Assembly: GCA_052389555.1 (NCBI GenBank)
Contig: JBQTHV010000014.1
Span: 1,427 to 65,426, forward strand
Length of the DNA stretch: 64,000 bases
Direction: 5' to 3'
Source of the DNA: Gemmatimonadales bacterium
GTDB lineage: Bacteria; Gemmatimonadota; Gemmatimonadetes; Gemmatimonadales; GWC2-71-9
The notes under the pieces were generated by a model. The model made no database searches. It saw only the letters and a program-made list of their open reading frames with translations, and was not told the DNA's origin. Positions 28,576 to 38,729 of this stretch are shown in pieces. A program made the translations under genes and the position numbers. Position 1 is the stretch's first letter. The number at the start of each line of letters is the position of its first letter.

Positions 28576-31128
28576 GTGATGCGCGCTCCCAAGCTACAGC
28601 TTTTCGTCTCCGCGGTAATCCTCGGGGCGCTGCTGGTGCTGGGATTTCGGGGAGCGGGACCGTTGCCGCCTTTGGGGCCACTGCTTGATCCCGCCAACGG
28701 CGCGTGGGCGCTGGCGCGCGGGGCGGAGTTTCCCCGGCAGGCGGAAGCGCCCATCCCGGGTCTTACCGGCCCGGTGCAAGTGCTTTACGATGATCGGGGC
28801 GTCCCCCACATCTTCGCGGCCAACGAGCTCGATGCCTGGCGAGCGCAGGGATATGTCCTGGCGCGCGATCGCCTCTTCCAGCTCGAGCTCCAGACTCGCG
28901 CGGCCGCCGGAACGCTCGCCGAATTAGTTGGACCTCGCGCCCTCCCGGCTGACCTGGCCGATCGACGCCGGGGGTTCCCCTGGGCCGCGGAGCGGGCCTA
29001 CGGTAGCCTCGATTCGACTTCGCAGTTTCGCCTGGCCGCTCTGGCCTACGCCGACGGGGTGAACGCATTCATCGGAGGCCTGAACCGGGCGGCGCTGCCG
29101 CTGGAGTACCGGCTCCTCAACGCCCGGCCCGCCCGCTGGGAGCCGATCAACAGCTACTATCTGTTTCTCCAGATGGCGTATACCCTGGCGTGGGTGGATC
29201 CGGCCCTAACCCGCCTCGAGGCGCAGGTACTGGTGGGTCGCGAGGCGGCCGATGCGCTCTTTCCCATCACTAGCCCGATCCAGGAGCCGATCCAACCCAA
29301 CGGCCAATCCGCTCCACGATATGACCTCACCCCGGTGCCGCCACCCGGCCCGCCGGACTCGACGGCGCTCGTTGCCCTGCGCCAGCAGCGTTCGGTGGAA
29401 ACGTTCCTCGGCCGGGAATCCGAATGGTCGAGCGCCGAGCTGCCGAGCCGTCCAGCCGCCCAGCCGTCCAGCCGCCGAGGCTCCGAGCCGCTCGGCAGCA
29501 ACAACTGGGCGGTGGCACCGCAGCGGACTGCCGCGGGTTATGCGCTTCTCGCCGGTGACCCGCATCTCGACCTTTCCCTTCCGTCCATCTGGTACGAAAT
29601 CCACCTGAACGTCGCAGGCGGGCCGGACGTCGCGGGCGTGACGTTCGCCGGATCGCCCGGTGTGATCATCGGTTGGAATCGGGACGTCGCCTGGTCCTTC
29701 ACCAACACCGGCGCCGATGTCCGCGATCTCTACCGGGAAGGGGTCGATGACTCGATCCGTCCTACCCGCTACCGGCTCGACGGCGAATGGAAACCGCTGG
29801 AGGTGCGGGAAGAGAGCGTGCGCGATCGCGAGGGTAGGGTGCTCGCGATCGACACGGTCCGCTTTACCCATCGCGGCCCGCTGGTGGAGGTCCTGGGGCA
29901 CTGGCGTTCCATCCGATGGACCCCGTTCGAAGCCAAGTCCACGGGTGAGGAATTCCTCCGCCTGGCCCGGGCGCGCGACCATGTCGAATGGCTGCACGGA
30001 TGGAAGGATTTCGTCGGACCGGCGCAGAACGGGATCGTGGCCGACCGGACGGGAACCATCGCCATCCGCTCGACCGGCCGGTTTCCGGTTCGGCCCGATT
30101 CCGGTCGTGGCGATCTGATTCGCGACGGAAGCACCCGGGCCAGCGACTGGATCGGATATCTACCGATCGAGCGTTACCCCTTCGCGGAGAACCCGCCGCA
30201 GGGCTATCTCGCCTCGGCCAACCAGCAGCCGGTCGATCCGCGGGTTAACGGCGCGTACCTCGGCGCGAACTGGTACTCGGGGTGGCGGGCCCTGCGCCTC
30301 AACCAGCTCCTCCGCGCCGACTCCGCCCTCACCCCGGACGCCATCCGCCGGATGCAGACCGATCATCACAGCGCGCGGGTCGACCGGTTCGTGCCGTTTC
30401 TCGTCGCGGCGGGCGCCTCGCCAAGCGCGCCGCCCGAGGCTCGGTCGGCCGCGCAACTCCTGGAGAGTTGGCATCGGCGCTACGCGCGCGCCGACACCGC
30501 CGCCCTGCTGTTCGAGGCAGTCATGGATGAGCTGGAGCCGCTGGTGTGGGACGAGCTGGTGCCACCCCGTGATCCGCGAGCGGATACCGCGCGCGGGTTA
30601 GGACGACCGGCGGTGGTCCCGGAAGAAGGGGTGCTGCTCCGGCTGTTGGCCGATTCCACCAGCGCCTGGTGGGACCGGCGGGAGACCGGTCCGAGGGAGC
30701 GGCGAGACGCAGTCCTGGCCGAAGCGCTCCGCCGGGGCTGGAACCGCACGGTTGAGCGGTACGGCCGGCCGGGGGAGGGGTGGCGATGGGACCGCGTCCA
30801 TCACACCAATATCTGGCACTTGCTGCGCATGCCCGCGCTGTCGGCACTGGCTCTGAAGGCCGACGCCGGGCCCGGCACCCTGAATCCCTCGCCGGGGAGC
30901 GGAATCCATGGCGCCAGCTGGCGCATGGTCGTCGAGCTCGGCCCCGCGGTGCGTGCCTGGACTATCTACCCGGGAGGGCAATCGGGGAATCCGGCGAGCG
31001 CGCGGTATGACGACCGGATCCCTCGGTGGCTCGCCGGAGACCTGGACTCGGCCCTCTTTCCCGCCCGAGCCGAGGAGCTGCCGGCCCATCGGGTTCGCGC
31101 CCGCCTCACCCTTCTCCCGGCGCGCTGA
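28576..31128 (+). CDS. Penicillin acylase family (S45) Ntn hydrolase
   Basis: DDRGVPHIFA, DRLFQ, GSNNWAV nucleophile, DPHL, YPGGQSGNP.S..Y.D. Confidence 0.93.
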   Translation: MMRAPKLQLFVSAVILGALLVLGFRGAGPLPPLGPLLDPANGAWALARGAEFPRQAEAPIPGLTGPVQVLYDDRGVPHIFAANELDAWRAQGYVLARDRLFQLELQTRAAAGTLAELVGPRALPADLADRRRGFPWAAERAYGSLDSTSQFRLAALAYADGVNAFIGGLNRAALPLEYRLLNARPARWEPINSYYLFLQMAYTLAWVDPALTRLEAQVLVGREAADALFPITSPIQEPIQPNGQSAPRYDLTPVPPPGPPDSTALVALRQQRSVETFLGRESEWSSAELPSRPAAQPSSRRGSEPLGSNNWAVAPQRTAAGYALLAGDPHLDLSLPSIWYEIHLNVAGGPDVAGVTFAGSPGVIIGWNRDVAWSFTNTGADVRDLYREGVDDSIRPTRYRLDGEWKPLEVREESVRDREGRVLAIDTVRFTHRGPLVEVLGHWRSIRWTPFEAKSTGEEFLRLARARDHVEWLHGWKDFVGPAQNGIVADRTGTIAIRSTGRFPVRPDSGRGDLIRDGSTRASDWIGYLPIERYPFAENPPQGYLASANQQPVDPRVNGAYLGANWYSGWRALRLNQLLRADSALTPDAIRRMQTDHHSARVDRFVPFLVAAGASPSAPPEARSAAQLLESWHRRYARADTAALLFEAVMDELEPLVWDELVPPRDPRADTARGLGRPAVVPEEGVLLRLLADSTSAWWDRRETGPRERRDAVLAEALRRGWNRTVERYGRPGEGWRWDRVHHTNIWHLLRMPALSALALKADAGPGTLNPSPGSGIHGASWRMVVELGPAVRAWTIYPGGQSGNPASARYDDRIPRWLAGDLDSALFPARAEELPAHRVRARLTLLPAR
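29434..29489 (+). repeat. GCCGAGCC/GTCCAGCC octamer tract in the acylase spacer
   Basis: Seven 8-bp units immediately before the GSNNW codons. Confidence 0.8.
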
Positions 31129-31562
31129 TGGCCGCGCTGGGATTGATCGCGCTCGCTGCGGCTTTCACGCTCGCCTCCTGGCTCGGCTGGTGGACCATCC
31201 CGCTCCTGGGTCTTATCTGGGGCTGGCTGCATCCCTGGATACCGATTCCCGAGCGCCGAGCCGCCGAGCCGCCGAGCCGTCCAGCCGCCGAGCCGTCCAG
31301 CCGCCGAGCCACCCTGACTGCTGCCCTAGCCGGCCTGCTCGGCTGGGCCATCTGGCTCGCCATCGATACGCTGGCAGGTGGGAGCGGGTTAGGAAGGCTC
31401 GGTCCCCGTCTCGCCGGCACCATGCGGCAGCCGCTGCCCCTGGTCCTGGCCGTAACGCTCCTCTTCCCCGCGTTGCTCGCGGCAACCGCGGCGGCCGTGG
31501 GCTCGGTGCTGGCCGGATTGCTCCGACCCGGCGGGCCACCGGCCGGGGCAGGGTCGCGATGA
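31128..31562 (+). CDS. Hypothetical membrane protein
   Basis: Multiple TM helices; overlaps both neighbours; octamer tract 31255-31310 in a loop. Confidence 0.65.
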   Translation: MAALGLIALAAAFTLASWLGWWTIPLLGLIWGWLHPWIPIPERRAAEPPSRPAAEPSSRRATLTAALAGLLGWAIWLAIDTLAGGSGLGRLGPRLAGTMRQPLPLVLAVTLLFPALLAATAAAVGSVLAGLLRPGGPPAGAGSR

Positions 31563-33526
31563 GAGCGGCGCACCGGCTGCTTCTCGCATTTCCGATCGCC
31601 GGGTTAGGCTGTCCGAGCGAACCGTCCCGGCCGGCGGTTGCGTCGGTCACGGTAACCCTGGGAGTGAACCAGCTCACCGTCGGCCAGACCACCCAGGCCA
31701 CGGCGACCGCCCGATCAGCCACGAACGAGCCGATTGCCGGGGTGACGGTCTCGTGGCGCTCGTCGGCGGCCGGGATCGCGACCGTCAGCGAGACCGGGCT
31801 GGTCACGGCGGCCGCCGCGGGCTCCACCAGCATCGTCGCTACGATCGAGGGTCTCGACGGTTCGGCTGGCCTCGAAGTTTTCGCGGGTCCGCCGAACCTC
31901 GCGCTCACCAATCTCCATCTTACCCAGTCGGTGCAGCGCCTCGACGGCGGGCTTCCTCTGGTGGCGGGCGGACTGCCGGCGCTGCTCAACCTCTTCGGTA
32001 CGCTGGATCGCGCCTTCCCAACCAGCTCGCCAGCTCCGCAGGTGCGGATCGAGGTGTGGAACGGGGCCACCCTGGTCCTGACCGACGAAGCCCCGATGAA
32101 CGGAACGGCCTTGCCGGTGGTGAACTCTGGAGTCCCGATCCATCGCGTAGTGGTCCCGGCGAACCTCATTCAACCGGGGTTCCGGGTCCGCGCCACGATT
32201 AACCCGGGGAACCAGCCTGCCGAAGCGACCTCGGCGGACAACACCTGGCCCCCCTCGGGTCTGCCCCAGCCGATGCTGGTGCAGCAGGTTCCGCCGCTCC
32301 CCCTGCACCTGGTACCGATCTTCCTGACCGCAGCGGGAACTACCGGGAATGTCTCGCCGGAGACCCAGCCGGAGTATTTCACCGCGACCCGGCAGATGCA
32401 TCCGGTCTCGACCATCGAGGCCGATATCGGACCGGTCTTCTCGAGCGACGTGGACTTCGGCAATGGCAACGAACCCGCCTGGCTGGCCCTGCTGCAGCAG
32501 CTCGATCTGCTCCGGGTCGCCGAAGGAGCGTCGAGCTACTACATCGGTGCGGTGAGACCGCCACCCGGCATTACGTTCGTCCAGTTTGGCGGCTACGGGT
32601 ACATCCCCGGGGATCCCCAGAGCACGGGGCCTAACACGCGCACTTCGGTGCTCGTCGGGGTCGGCTGGTTCAATCGGGCGCGTCAAACCACCGAACTGGT
32701 CGCGCATGAGCTGGGCCACAACATGGGGCGGCGCCACGCGCCCTGCGGCGGCGCGGCGTTCCCCGATCCCGGATACCCGTATCCGGGCGGGGTGACCGGC
32801 TTGCTCGGCTTTGATCTCTACACGTGGTCGCAGAACCCGAGCGGGTTTCCGGTGAGCTATCCCGCGACGTCCGGGGACCTCATGTCCTATTGTACTCCGC
32901 CCTGGATCAGCGATTATACCTACCTTGGACTCCTCGCCGCGCGCGGAGGCCCGGTCGCCACTCCCCGGCCCCTGGCTCCCGGCCCCTGGACTCCGGCCTG
33001 CGACTGCCTGGTGATCTGGGGCTCGGTGGAGGGCGATTCCATCCGCCTGGAACCGGCGTTCCTAGCCCCAGCGCCGGCCGGTCCCGCGGTTCCTTCCTCA
33101 GGGGCGTATGCCGTGGAGGGCCTCGATCTCTCCGGCAACCGCCTCTTCCTGGCGAGGTTTGACCCCGTCGAGATCGACCATGCCCCGGGCGTGCGCCATT
33201 TCACCCTGGCCATTCCCCTCGGGCCTGGCGGGGGAACCGCCCTCTCATTGTTGCGGGTTAGGGGGCCCGGGGTCCTGGCCGAGCGCCGGGCCTCCGAGCG
33301 CCGAGCCGCGGAGCCGCCGAGCCTCGACGTCCAGCAAACCCCTTCTGACCGCTTGACACTCCGCTGGAACCCGGCCGAGTTTCCTCTGCTCGTCGCCCGG
33401 CAGGCCGGAACCGGCCGGATCATCGGGATCGGCCGAAGCGGCACGCTGTCGATTGGCGCGGCGGCCGTGGAAGTCACGCTCTCGAACGGAATCCGGAGCA
33501 GTCAACTCCGAGTCCACCCACGCTGA
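31559..33526 (+). CDS. Ig-like (Big_2) domain + M66-like zinc metallopeptidase lipoprotein
   Basis: GLGC lipobox, WRSS...IATVS.TGLVTA, HELGHNMGRRH, DLMSYC..WISDYTY. Confidence 0.8.
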   Translation: MRAAHRLLLAFPIAGLGCPSEPSRPAVASVTVTLGVNQLTVGQTTQATATARSATNEPIAGVTVSWRSSAAGIATVSETGLVTAAAAGSTSIVATIEGLDGSAGLEVFAGPPNLALTNLHLTQSVQRLDGGLPLVAGGLPALLNLFGTLDRAFPTSSPAPQVRIEVWNGATLVLTDEAPMNGTALPVVNSGVPIHRVVVPANLIQPGFRVRATINPGNQPAEATSADNTWPPSGLPQPMLVQQVPPLPLHLVPIFLTAAGTTGNVSPETQPEYFTATRQMHPVSTIEADIGPVFSSDVDFGNGNEPAWLALLQQLDLLRVAEGASSYYIGAVRPPPGITFVQFGGYGYIPGDPQSTGPNTRTSVLVGVGWFNRARQTTELVAHELGHNMGRRHAPCGGAAFPDPGYPYPGGVTGLLGFDLYTWSQNPSGFPVSYPATSGDLMSYCTPPWISDYTYLGLLAARGGPVATPRPLAPGPWTPACDCLVIWGSVEGDSIRLEPAFLAPAPAGPAVPSSGAYAVEGLDLSGNRLFLARFDPVEIDHAPGVRHFTLAIPLGPGGGTALSLLRVRGPGVLAERRASERRAAEPPSLDVQQTPSDRLTLRWNPAEFPLLVARQAGTGRIIGIGRSGTLSIGAAAVEVTLSNGIRSSQLRVHPR

Positions 33527-33529
33527 GGG

Positions 33530-34450
33530 ATGCCCATGAGAAAGTCGCGCGCAGGGTTCTTCCTGGTTCGGTTCGCCGCAATCCTCCCGGCCGCTGCCGC
33601 TCCAAAGCTCGAGGCCCAAGTCAACTACGACACGGTACAGGTCCGGACCGTGCCCGCCGGCAAAGGGGTCTACCTGCTCCAAGGAGTGGGCGGGAACCTC
33701 GGGCTCTCGATCGGCCCGGATGCCGCCTTTCTGGTGGACGATCAGTTCGCCCCGCTCTCCCAGAAGATCCTCGACGCGGTCAAACGGCTGACCGATCAGC
33801 CGGTTCGCTTCGTGGTGAATACCCACTGGCACGGCGACCACACCGGGGGGAACGAGAATCTGGCCCAGGCCGGCGTGATCGTCGTGGCCCACAACAATGT
33901 GCGACTCCGGATGAGCACCGAGCAGTTCATTGCGGCGCTCAACAGCCGGAGCCAACCGGCTCCGCCCAAGGCGCTGCCGGTGGTCACCTTCAACGAGGGG
34001 GTGGCCTTTCACCTCAACGGCGACGACATCCATGTGGTCCACGTGCCCAAGGCCCATACCGACGGCGACGCCATCATTCACTTCACCGCCGCCAACGTGA
34101 TTCACATGGGTGACGTGTTCTTCAACGGCCGCTATCCGCTCGTGGACCTCTCGAGTGGCGGATCGTTCGAAGGAGTGATCGCCGCGGTAACCGCCGCGCT
34201 GCGGTACGCCAACGACAGCACCCGGATCATACCCGGGCACGGCCCGCTCGCTACCCGTGCGGATCTCGTGAAGTACCGGGACATGCTGAGCACGATCCGC
34301 GACCGGGTCGCTGCGCTCATCCGGGAAGGGAAGAGCAAGGAAGAAGTGATCGCCGCCCAACCCTCGCGCGAGTGGGACGCCACCCACGGGAGCGGCACCA
34401 TCAAGCCTCCCATGCTGGTCGGTTTTGCCTACGACAGCATGAAACGCTAG
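33530..34450 (+). CDS. MBL-fold metallo-hydrolase (secreted)
   Basis: THWHGDHTGGN, AHTDGD, HMGD, IPGHG. Confidence 0.92.
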   Translation: MPMRKSRAGFFLVRFAAILPAAAAPKLEAQVNYDTVQVRTVPAGKGVYLLQGVGGNLGLSIGPDAAFLVDDQFAPLSQKILDAVKRLTDQPVRFVVNTHWHGDHTGGNENLAQAGVIVVAHNNVRLRMSTEQFIAALNSRSQPAPPKALPVVTFNEGVAFHLNGDDIHVVHVPKAHTDGDAIIHFTAANVIHMGDVFFNGRYPLVDLSSGGSFEGVIAAVTAALRYANDSTRIIPGHGPLATRADLVKYRDMLSTIRDRVAALIREGKSKEEVIAAQPSREWDATHGSGTIKPPMLVGFAYDSMKR

Positions 34451-34872
34451 CCCACCACGTCGGGGGTGCCGGTGTCTCGACGTCCTCGGCGCAGCTCCAG
34501 GCGGGCCTTTTCGGCCAGCCGCTCATAACCCGCGCGGATTGCGTCCAGCTCGCGCTCCTCCAGCTCCTCCAGGTCGATCAGCGCGACATGCGCGCCGTCG
34601 GTGGTTCGGAGCAGCTCGTCCAGCTTCACCTGGATCGCCTCGGTGTCCCGGTTCTGGGTACTCTGGATCAGGAATACCATCAGAAAAGTTGCGATGGTGG
34701 TGCCGGTATTGATCACGAGCTGCCAGGTATCGCTGAATCCAAACAGGGGCCCGGTAACGAGCCAGGCCACCACTATCAGCAAGGCGAGCAGGAATGTCAG
34801 CGGACGCCCGGTAGCCCGGGCGGTACCCCGCGCGAGTCTCGAATGCCACGACCTGGGCTTGGTTGGACGCAT
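34447..34872 (-). CDS. Low-affinity iron permease (Fet4-like) family protein
   Basis: FSDTWQLVINTGTTI.TFLMVFLIQ.TQNRD..AIQ.KLDEL. Confidence 0.9.
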   Translation of the reverse strand: MRPTKPRSWHSRLARGTARATGRPLTFLLALLIVVAWLVTGPLFGFSDTWQLVINTGTTIATFLMVFLIQSTQNRDTEAIQVKLDELLRTTDGAHVALIDLEELEERELDAIRAGYERLAEKARLELRRGRRDTGTPDVVG

Positions 34873-34902
34873 CGATCGTCTCTCCTCTCGCTGAATTCGG
34901 GA

Positions 34903-35109
34903 TCAGGTGCTGCGGCCGGCTCCTCCCCCTCCGGCGGCGCCGGCACTTCGGTTGCCGCTGTCCTTGAGCCGCCCGGCTGCCCGGGCCGCCTGCCGCAGGA
35001 GATACTCGATCTGCGCGTTGAGCGAACGCAACTCCGCCCCGGCCCACCGCTGCAGGGCATCGTGCAGGGCTGGATCGAGACGGAGCAGGATCGCCTTGCG
35101 CTCCGGCAT
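34903..35109 (-). CDS. Small Arc/ribbon-helix-helix DNA-binding protein
   Basis: [12 protein letters not shown]...[15 protein letters not shown], the usual partner downstream of this SPFH type. Confidence 0.8.
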   Translation of the reverse strand: MPERKAILLRLDPALHDALQRWAGAELRSLNAQIEYLLRQAARAAGRLKDSGNRSAGAAGGGGAGRST

Positions 35110-35116
35110 GCGCGAA

Positions 35117-35825
35117 TCAGCCGCCGTAGAGCGTTCCGGTATTGACGACGGGTTGGACCCCTCGCTCGCCGCAGAGTACGACCAGCAGGTTCGACACCAT
35201 CGCGGCGCGCCGCTCGGCGTCCAGATCGAGAATCTGCTTCTGGGCGAGCAGCTCCAGCGCGTTCTCCACCATTGCAACCGCGCCCTCGAGGATCTTGTAC
35301 CGTGCGGCAATGATCGCGCTGGCCTGCTGGCGAGTCATAGGGCTAGCTCGACGCCATGGCCCGCACCGCCGACTCGCCCTGCACTTTCACGTAATTCTCG
35401 TAGTCGTCCACTTCGAACATCGCTTCCGCGGTATCTACCACCCGCCAGACCACGATGGCCGCCACCTCGATCGGGTTGCTGTGGGCGTCGTTGACCTTGA
35501 GTTTGGCGGTCACGAAATTCCTAACCCGGAGCGAGATCCGCTTCTTGACGGTGAACGGATTGACCCACCAGAACCCGGGCTCCTTGACCGAGCCGTGGTA
35601 TCGCCCGAACAGCACCAGCACCTTGGCTTCGTTGGGGTGCACGATGAAGAACCCGGACGGCAGGAACATGAGTCCCCCCCCCAGGACGATGGCGAGAATC
35701 AGGCGGCCCCCGAGCTCCTGCGACACGGCCGTCGCAAACAGCCAGAAGTCCAGCCCGAAACCGGCCAGGAACAGGAAGAGGATGAGAAAGCCGGACTGGG
35801 CCCGCCGAATGCGCTCGCGAATCAT
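35117..35825 (-). pseudogene. SPFH/band-7 protein, disrupted
   Basis: N-part ends AMASS-TAG-PYD, then jumps frame to [11 protein letters not shown]...NLLVVLC; the central segment is missing. Confidence 0.8.
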
Positions 35826-35912
35826 TGGACGCCCCAGAAATGGTGCTATCTATATGATATCATCAAGATAGCAGGCCGTCAAGGTGGCGCGGGTCCATAC
35901 CCCAGTCCTACC

Positions 35913-36002
35913 GCCGAGTGCCGAGTGCCGAGTGCCGAGTGCCGAGTGCCGAGTGCCGACCCGCCGAGCCGCCGAGCCGTCCAGCCGCCCCGCCGCCCGA
36001 GC
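35913..36002 (+). repeat. (GCCGAGT)6 followed by octamer tract, in a divergent promoter region
   Basis: Six perfect heptamers at 35913-35954, then GCCGAGCC/GTCCAGCC units. Confidence 0.9.
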
Positions 36003-36091
36003 TACCTTCCAACCTTCCGCCGCCCTCATGTCTCTAACCCGTCGAGACCCGGCGCCGCTCCCGGAGGACGCCCCTGCCAGCCCAAGCCGCC

Positions 36092-36619
36092 GTGAATAGC
36101 GCCGATCTCGACCGAGCCGACGTGGCCCTCGCGGTGGCGGGAGACCACGCTGCGTTCGAACGGTTGTACCGGCGCCATGTGCCGCGGGTGGCGAGTCTGG
36201 CAGGCTGGCTGCTCGGTGCCGGTGATACCGATGACGCGGTACAGGAGGTCTTTATTAGAGTTTGGCAGAAGCTCCATACGTACGGTGGTCACTCGAGCTT
36301 CCCGACCTGGCTGCACCGCGTGGCGGTGAACCTCATCCTCCGGCGCCGCAAGCGTCAGGGCCAGTTCCGAATCCGTCATGCCGACTCCGACGAATCGCTC
36401 GAGACCGTGTCGGCGCCAGGCGAGCGGCCCGATCTCCGGGTGGCCATCGAGCGGGCCGTGGCGCGACTGCCGGCCGGTGCGCGTGAGGTATTCGTGTTGC
36501 ACGACATGGAGGGATACAAGCATGAGGAGATCGCGGAGTTGCTCCAGGTGGATCCCGGCACGTCCCGATCTCAGCTTCACCGCGCCCGGATGCTGTTGCG
36601 CCGGATCCTGGCGGCGTGA
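36092..36619 (+). CDS. ECF RNA polymerase sigma factor
   Basis: GD.AAFERLY, DAVQEVF, F.TWLHRVAVN, FVLHDMEG..HEEIA, T.RSQLHRAR. Confidence 0.92.
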   Translation: MNSADLDRADVALAVAGDHAAFERLYRRHVPRVASLAGWLLGAGDTDDAVQEVFIRVWQKLHTYGGHSSFPTWLHRVAVNLILRRRKRQGQFRIRHADSDESLETVSAPGERPDLRVAIERAVARLPAGAREVFVLHDMEGYKHEEIAELLQVDPGTSRSQLHRARMLLRRILAA

Positions 36620-36634
36620 GGGAGGACGCTAACC

Positions 36635-37351
36635 ATGGCTGATACGTTCACCGACTCGCTGTCCGCGTACCTCGACGGCGAGCTCGACGGCCGGCGTCGG
36701 CGCCGGATGGAGGCCCATCTCGCCCGGTGCGCCGAGTGCTCGGCCGCCTTGGCCGAGCTGCGCGCAATCGTCACCGCGGCACCCCAATACCAGGGCCAGG
36801 CTCCGGCCCGTGACCTCTGGCCGCACGTCGAAGCCGGGCTCGACGAGGCCGAGGTTATTGATTTGCCGAGCGCCGAGCCCCGAGCCATCCAGCCGTCCAG
36901 CCGCCGAGCCATCCAGCCGTCCAGCCGCCGAGCCGTCCGGTTCTCCTGGCCTCAACTCCTGGCCGCCTCGATTCTCATGGCCGCACTCGGCGGCGGGGCG
37001 GTCTGGATCGCGCTACGATCCAGCTCTTCGGATGTTTCGGTGCCGGCGATGGTGGCCCGCCCCGCCCCCGACTCCGCCGCCCCGAAGACGGTTGCCTACG
37101 CCGAGGCACGCTATGAAGCCGCGGTAGATGACCTAACCCGGGTGCTCGAGGAAGGCCGCGGTCGCCTCGATACCGCGACGGTCCGGGTGATCGAGGAGAG
37201 CTTGCGCAAGATCGATGCGGCGATCGCCGAAGCCCGCGTTGCACTCCAACGTGATCCGGCCAGCGGGTATCTGAATCAGCAGATCGCCGCGCACCTGCGC
37301 CGCAAGCTCGCGCTCCTGCGTCTCGCGGCCGATGCGATCGCCCGAACCTGA
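36635..37351 (+). CDS. Anti-sigma factor (zf-HC2)
   Basis: LSAYLDGEL...HLARCAEC, single TM; octamer tract 36865-36940 in the linker. Confidence 0.88.
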   Translation: MADTFTDSLSAYLDGELDGRRRRRMEAHLARCAECSAALAELRAIVTAAPQYQGQAPARDLWPHVEAGLDEAEVIDLPSAEPRAIQPSSRRAIQPSSRRAVRFSWPQLLAASILMAALGGGAVWIALRSSSSDVSVPAMVARPAPDSAAPKTVAYAEARYEAAVDDLTRVLEEGRGRLDTATVRVIEESLRKIDAAIAEARVALQRDPASGYLNQQIAAHLRRKLALLRLAADAIART

Positions 37352-37361
37352 GGAACTCTCG

Positions 37362-38279
37362 ATGATTGCCGTCTCGCTGATCACCCTGGCCGCGCTCGGA
37401 GCCACCGAGCCGCCGAGCCGCCGAGCCGCCGAGCCGTCGATTGCCGACACCGACACCATACTCACCGTCTCTCCCGGTACCCGCCTGCGCCTGGAGAACA
37501 TGACGGGTGAAATCACGATTACCGCCTGGGACCGGAATCAGGTTCGGATCCAGGCGAGTCACGGGCGGAGCACCCGGGTCGAGATCCGTCGCGCCGGCGC
37601 GGAGTTGTCGGTCGAGGCCAGCGGACGATTCGGGCCGGGAGGGGAAGTCGATTACGACATCACGGTGCCGGCCTGGATGCCGCTCCGGCTCACCGCCATG
37701 GCGGGTGACATCACGGTCACCGGGACTCGCGCCGCGATCGAAGCCGAGGCCATGGCCGGCGACCTCACGGTGACCGGTGGTAGCGAGACCCTGAAGCTCG
37801 GCGCGATGGCGGGCGACCTCCAGGTATCCGGCGCCCGGGGGAAGCTCGAGCTGAGCAACATGGGTGGCGACATCCTGGTCGAAGATTTTCAGGGAGATCT
37901 GAACGTCGATGCGGTCAGCGGGGACGTGATCCTGCGCGAGATCCGCACTGCCCTGGCCGAAGTCAGCACGGTGAGCGGAGATGTCATGTTCGACGGGGCG
38001 ATTCAGAATGGCGGCCGCTACGCGCTGTCCTCTCATAGTGGGGACGTGGTCATCGGACTGGCGGAAGGCGTGAATGCCACGGTGACCGCCCAGTGGTTCA
38101 ACGGGGATCTTCGGGCGAGGTTCCCGCTGCCTCAGACCGAATCCACGGGCCGCCGTTCCCAGCGATTCCGGTTTGGAAACGGGAGTGCCATCGTCGAGCT
38201 CGAGACCTTCAGCGGTGACGTCGTGCTGATGCGTCCCGCCGAGCTGGCCGCCCTCCTGCGCGAACGCCGCGGGCGCTAG
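37362..38279 (+). CDS. DUF4097 beta-strand repeat protein
   Basis: Repeated xxGD[IVL] strands; follows the sigma/anti-sigma pair. Confidence 0.85.
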   Translation: MIAVSLITLAALGATEPPSRRAAEPSIADTDTILTVSPGTRLRLENMTGEITITAWDRNQVRIQASHGRSTRVEIRRAGAELSVEASGRFGPGGEVDYDITVPAWMPLRLTAMAGDITVTGTRAAIEAEAMAGDLTVTGGSETLKLGAMAGDLQVSGARGKLELSNMGGDILVEDFQGDLNVDAVSGDVILREIRTALAEVSTVSGDVMFDGAIQNGGRYALSSHSGDVVIGLAEGVNATVTAQWFNGDLRARFPLPQTESTGRRSQRFRFGNGSAIVELETFSGDVVLMRPAELAALLRERRGR

Positions 38280-38404
38280 CTCGCGTTTCTTCCTGCCAGG
38301 CGATAGCTTCCCCGGCGCTCGACGTTAGGCGCCTTCCACCTTTCACATTTCCCTTTCCCGTGTCGCTCCCGGCTGCTTCCTCCGCTCCGCGCATCGTCCA
38401 TCCC

Positions 38405-38725
38405 ATGACGACGACCACCTTCGGCATCGAGGGGTACCGGGTGGTGCAATCCCTCGGGGTCGTCATGGGGGTAACCGTGCGTTCGCGTTCCGTCATCGGG
38501 TTCCTCACGGGGAGTCTGGAAACCGTCTTCGGAGGCCGGATCAAGGCGTTCGCGCAGTTGTGCGAGAAGGCCCGCCAGGAGGCCTTCGAGCTCATGCTCC
38601 AGCATGCCGAACAGACCGGCGGCAATGCCGTGATCGGGGTCCGGTACGACGCCAACGAAATCATGCGGGGGGTGACGGAAATCATCTGCTACGGAACGGC
38701 GGTCGTGGTCGAGGAGGAACGCTAG
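38405..38725 (+). CDS. YbjQ (UPF0145) family protein
   Basis: TTT..IEG, LGVV.G..VRSR, GGNAVIGVRYD, YGTAV. Confidence 0.9.
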   Translation: MTTTTFGIEGYRVVQSLGVVMGVTVRSRSVIGFLTGSLETVFGGRIKAFAQLCEKARQEAFELMLQHAEQTGGNAVIGVRYDANEIMRGVTEIICYGTAVVVEEER

Positions 38726-38729
38726 CCCT

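Noticed and set aside
36028-36099. Short ORF overlapping the ECF sigma start (uORF or frameshifted N-terminus)
   Set aside because: The sigma domain is complete from GTG 36092; there is no evidence to distinguish this from chance.
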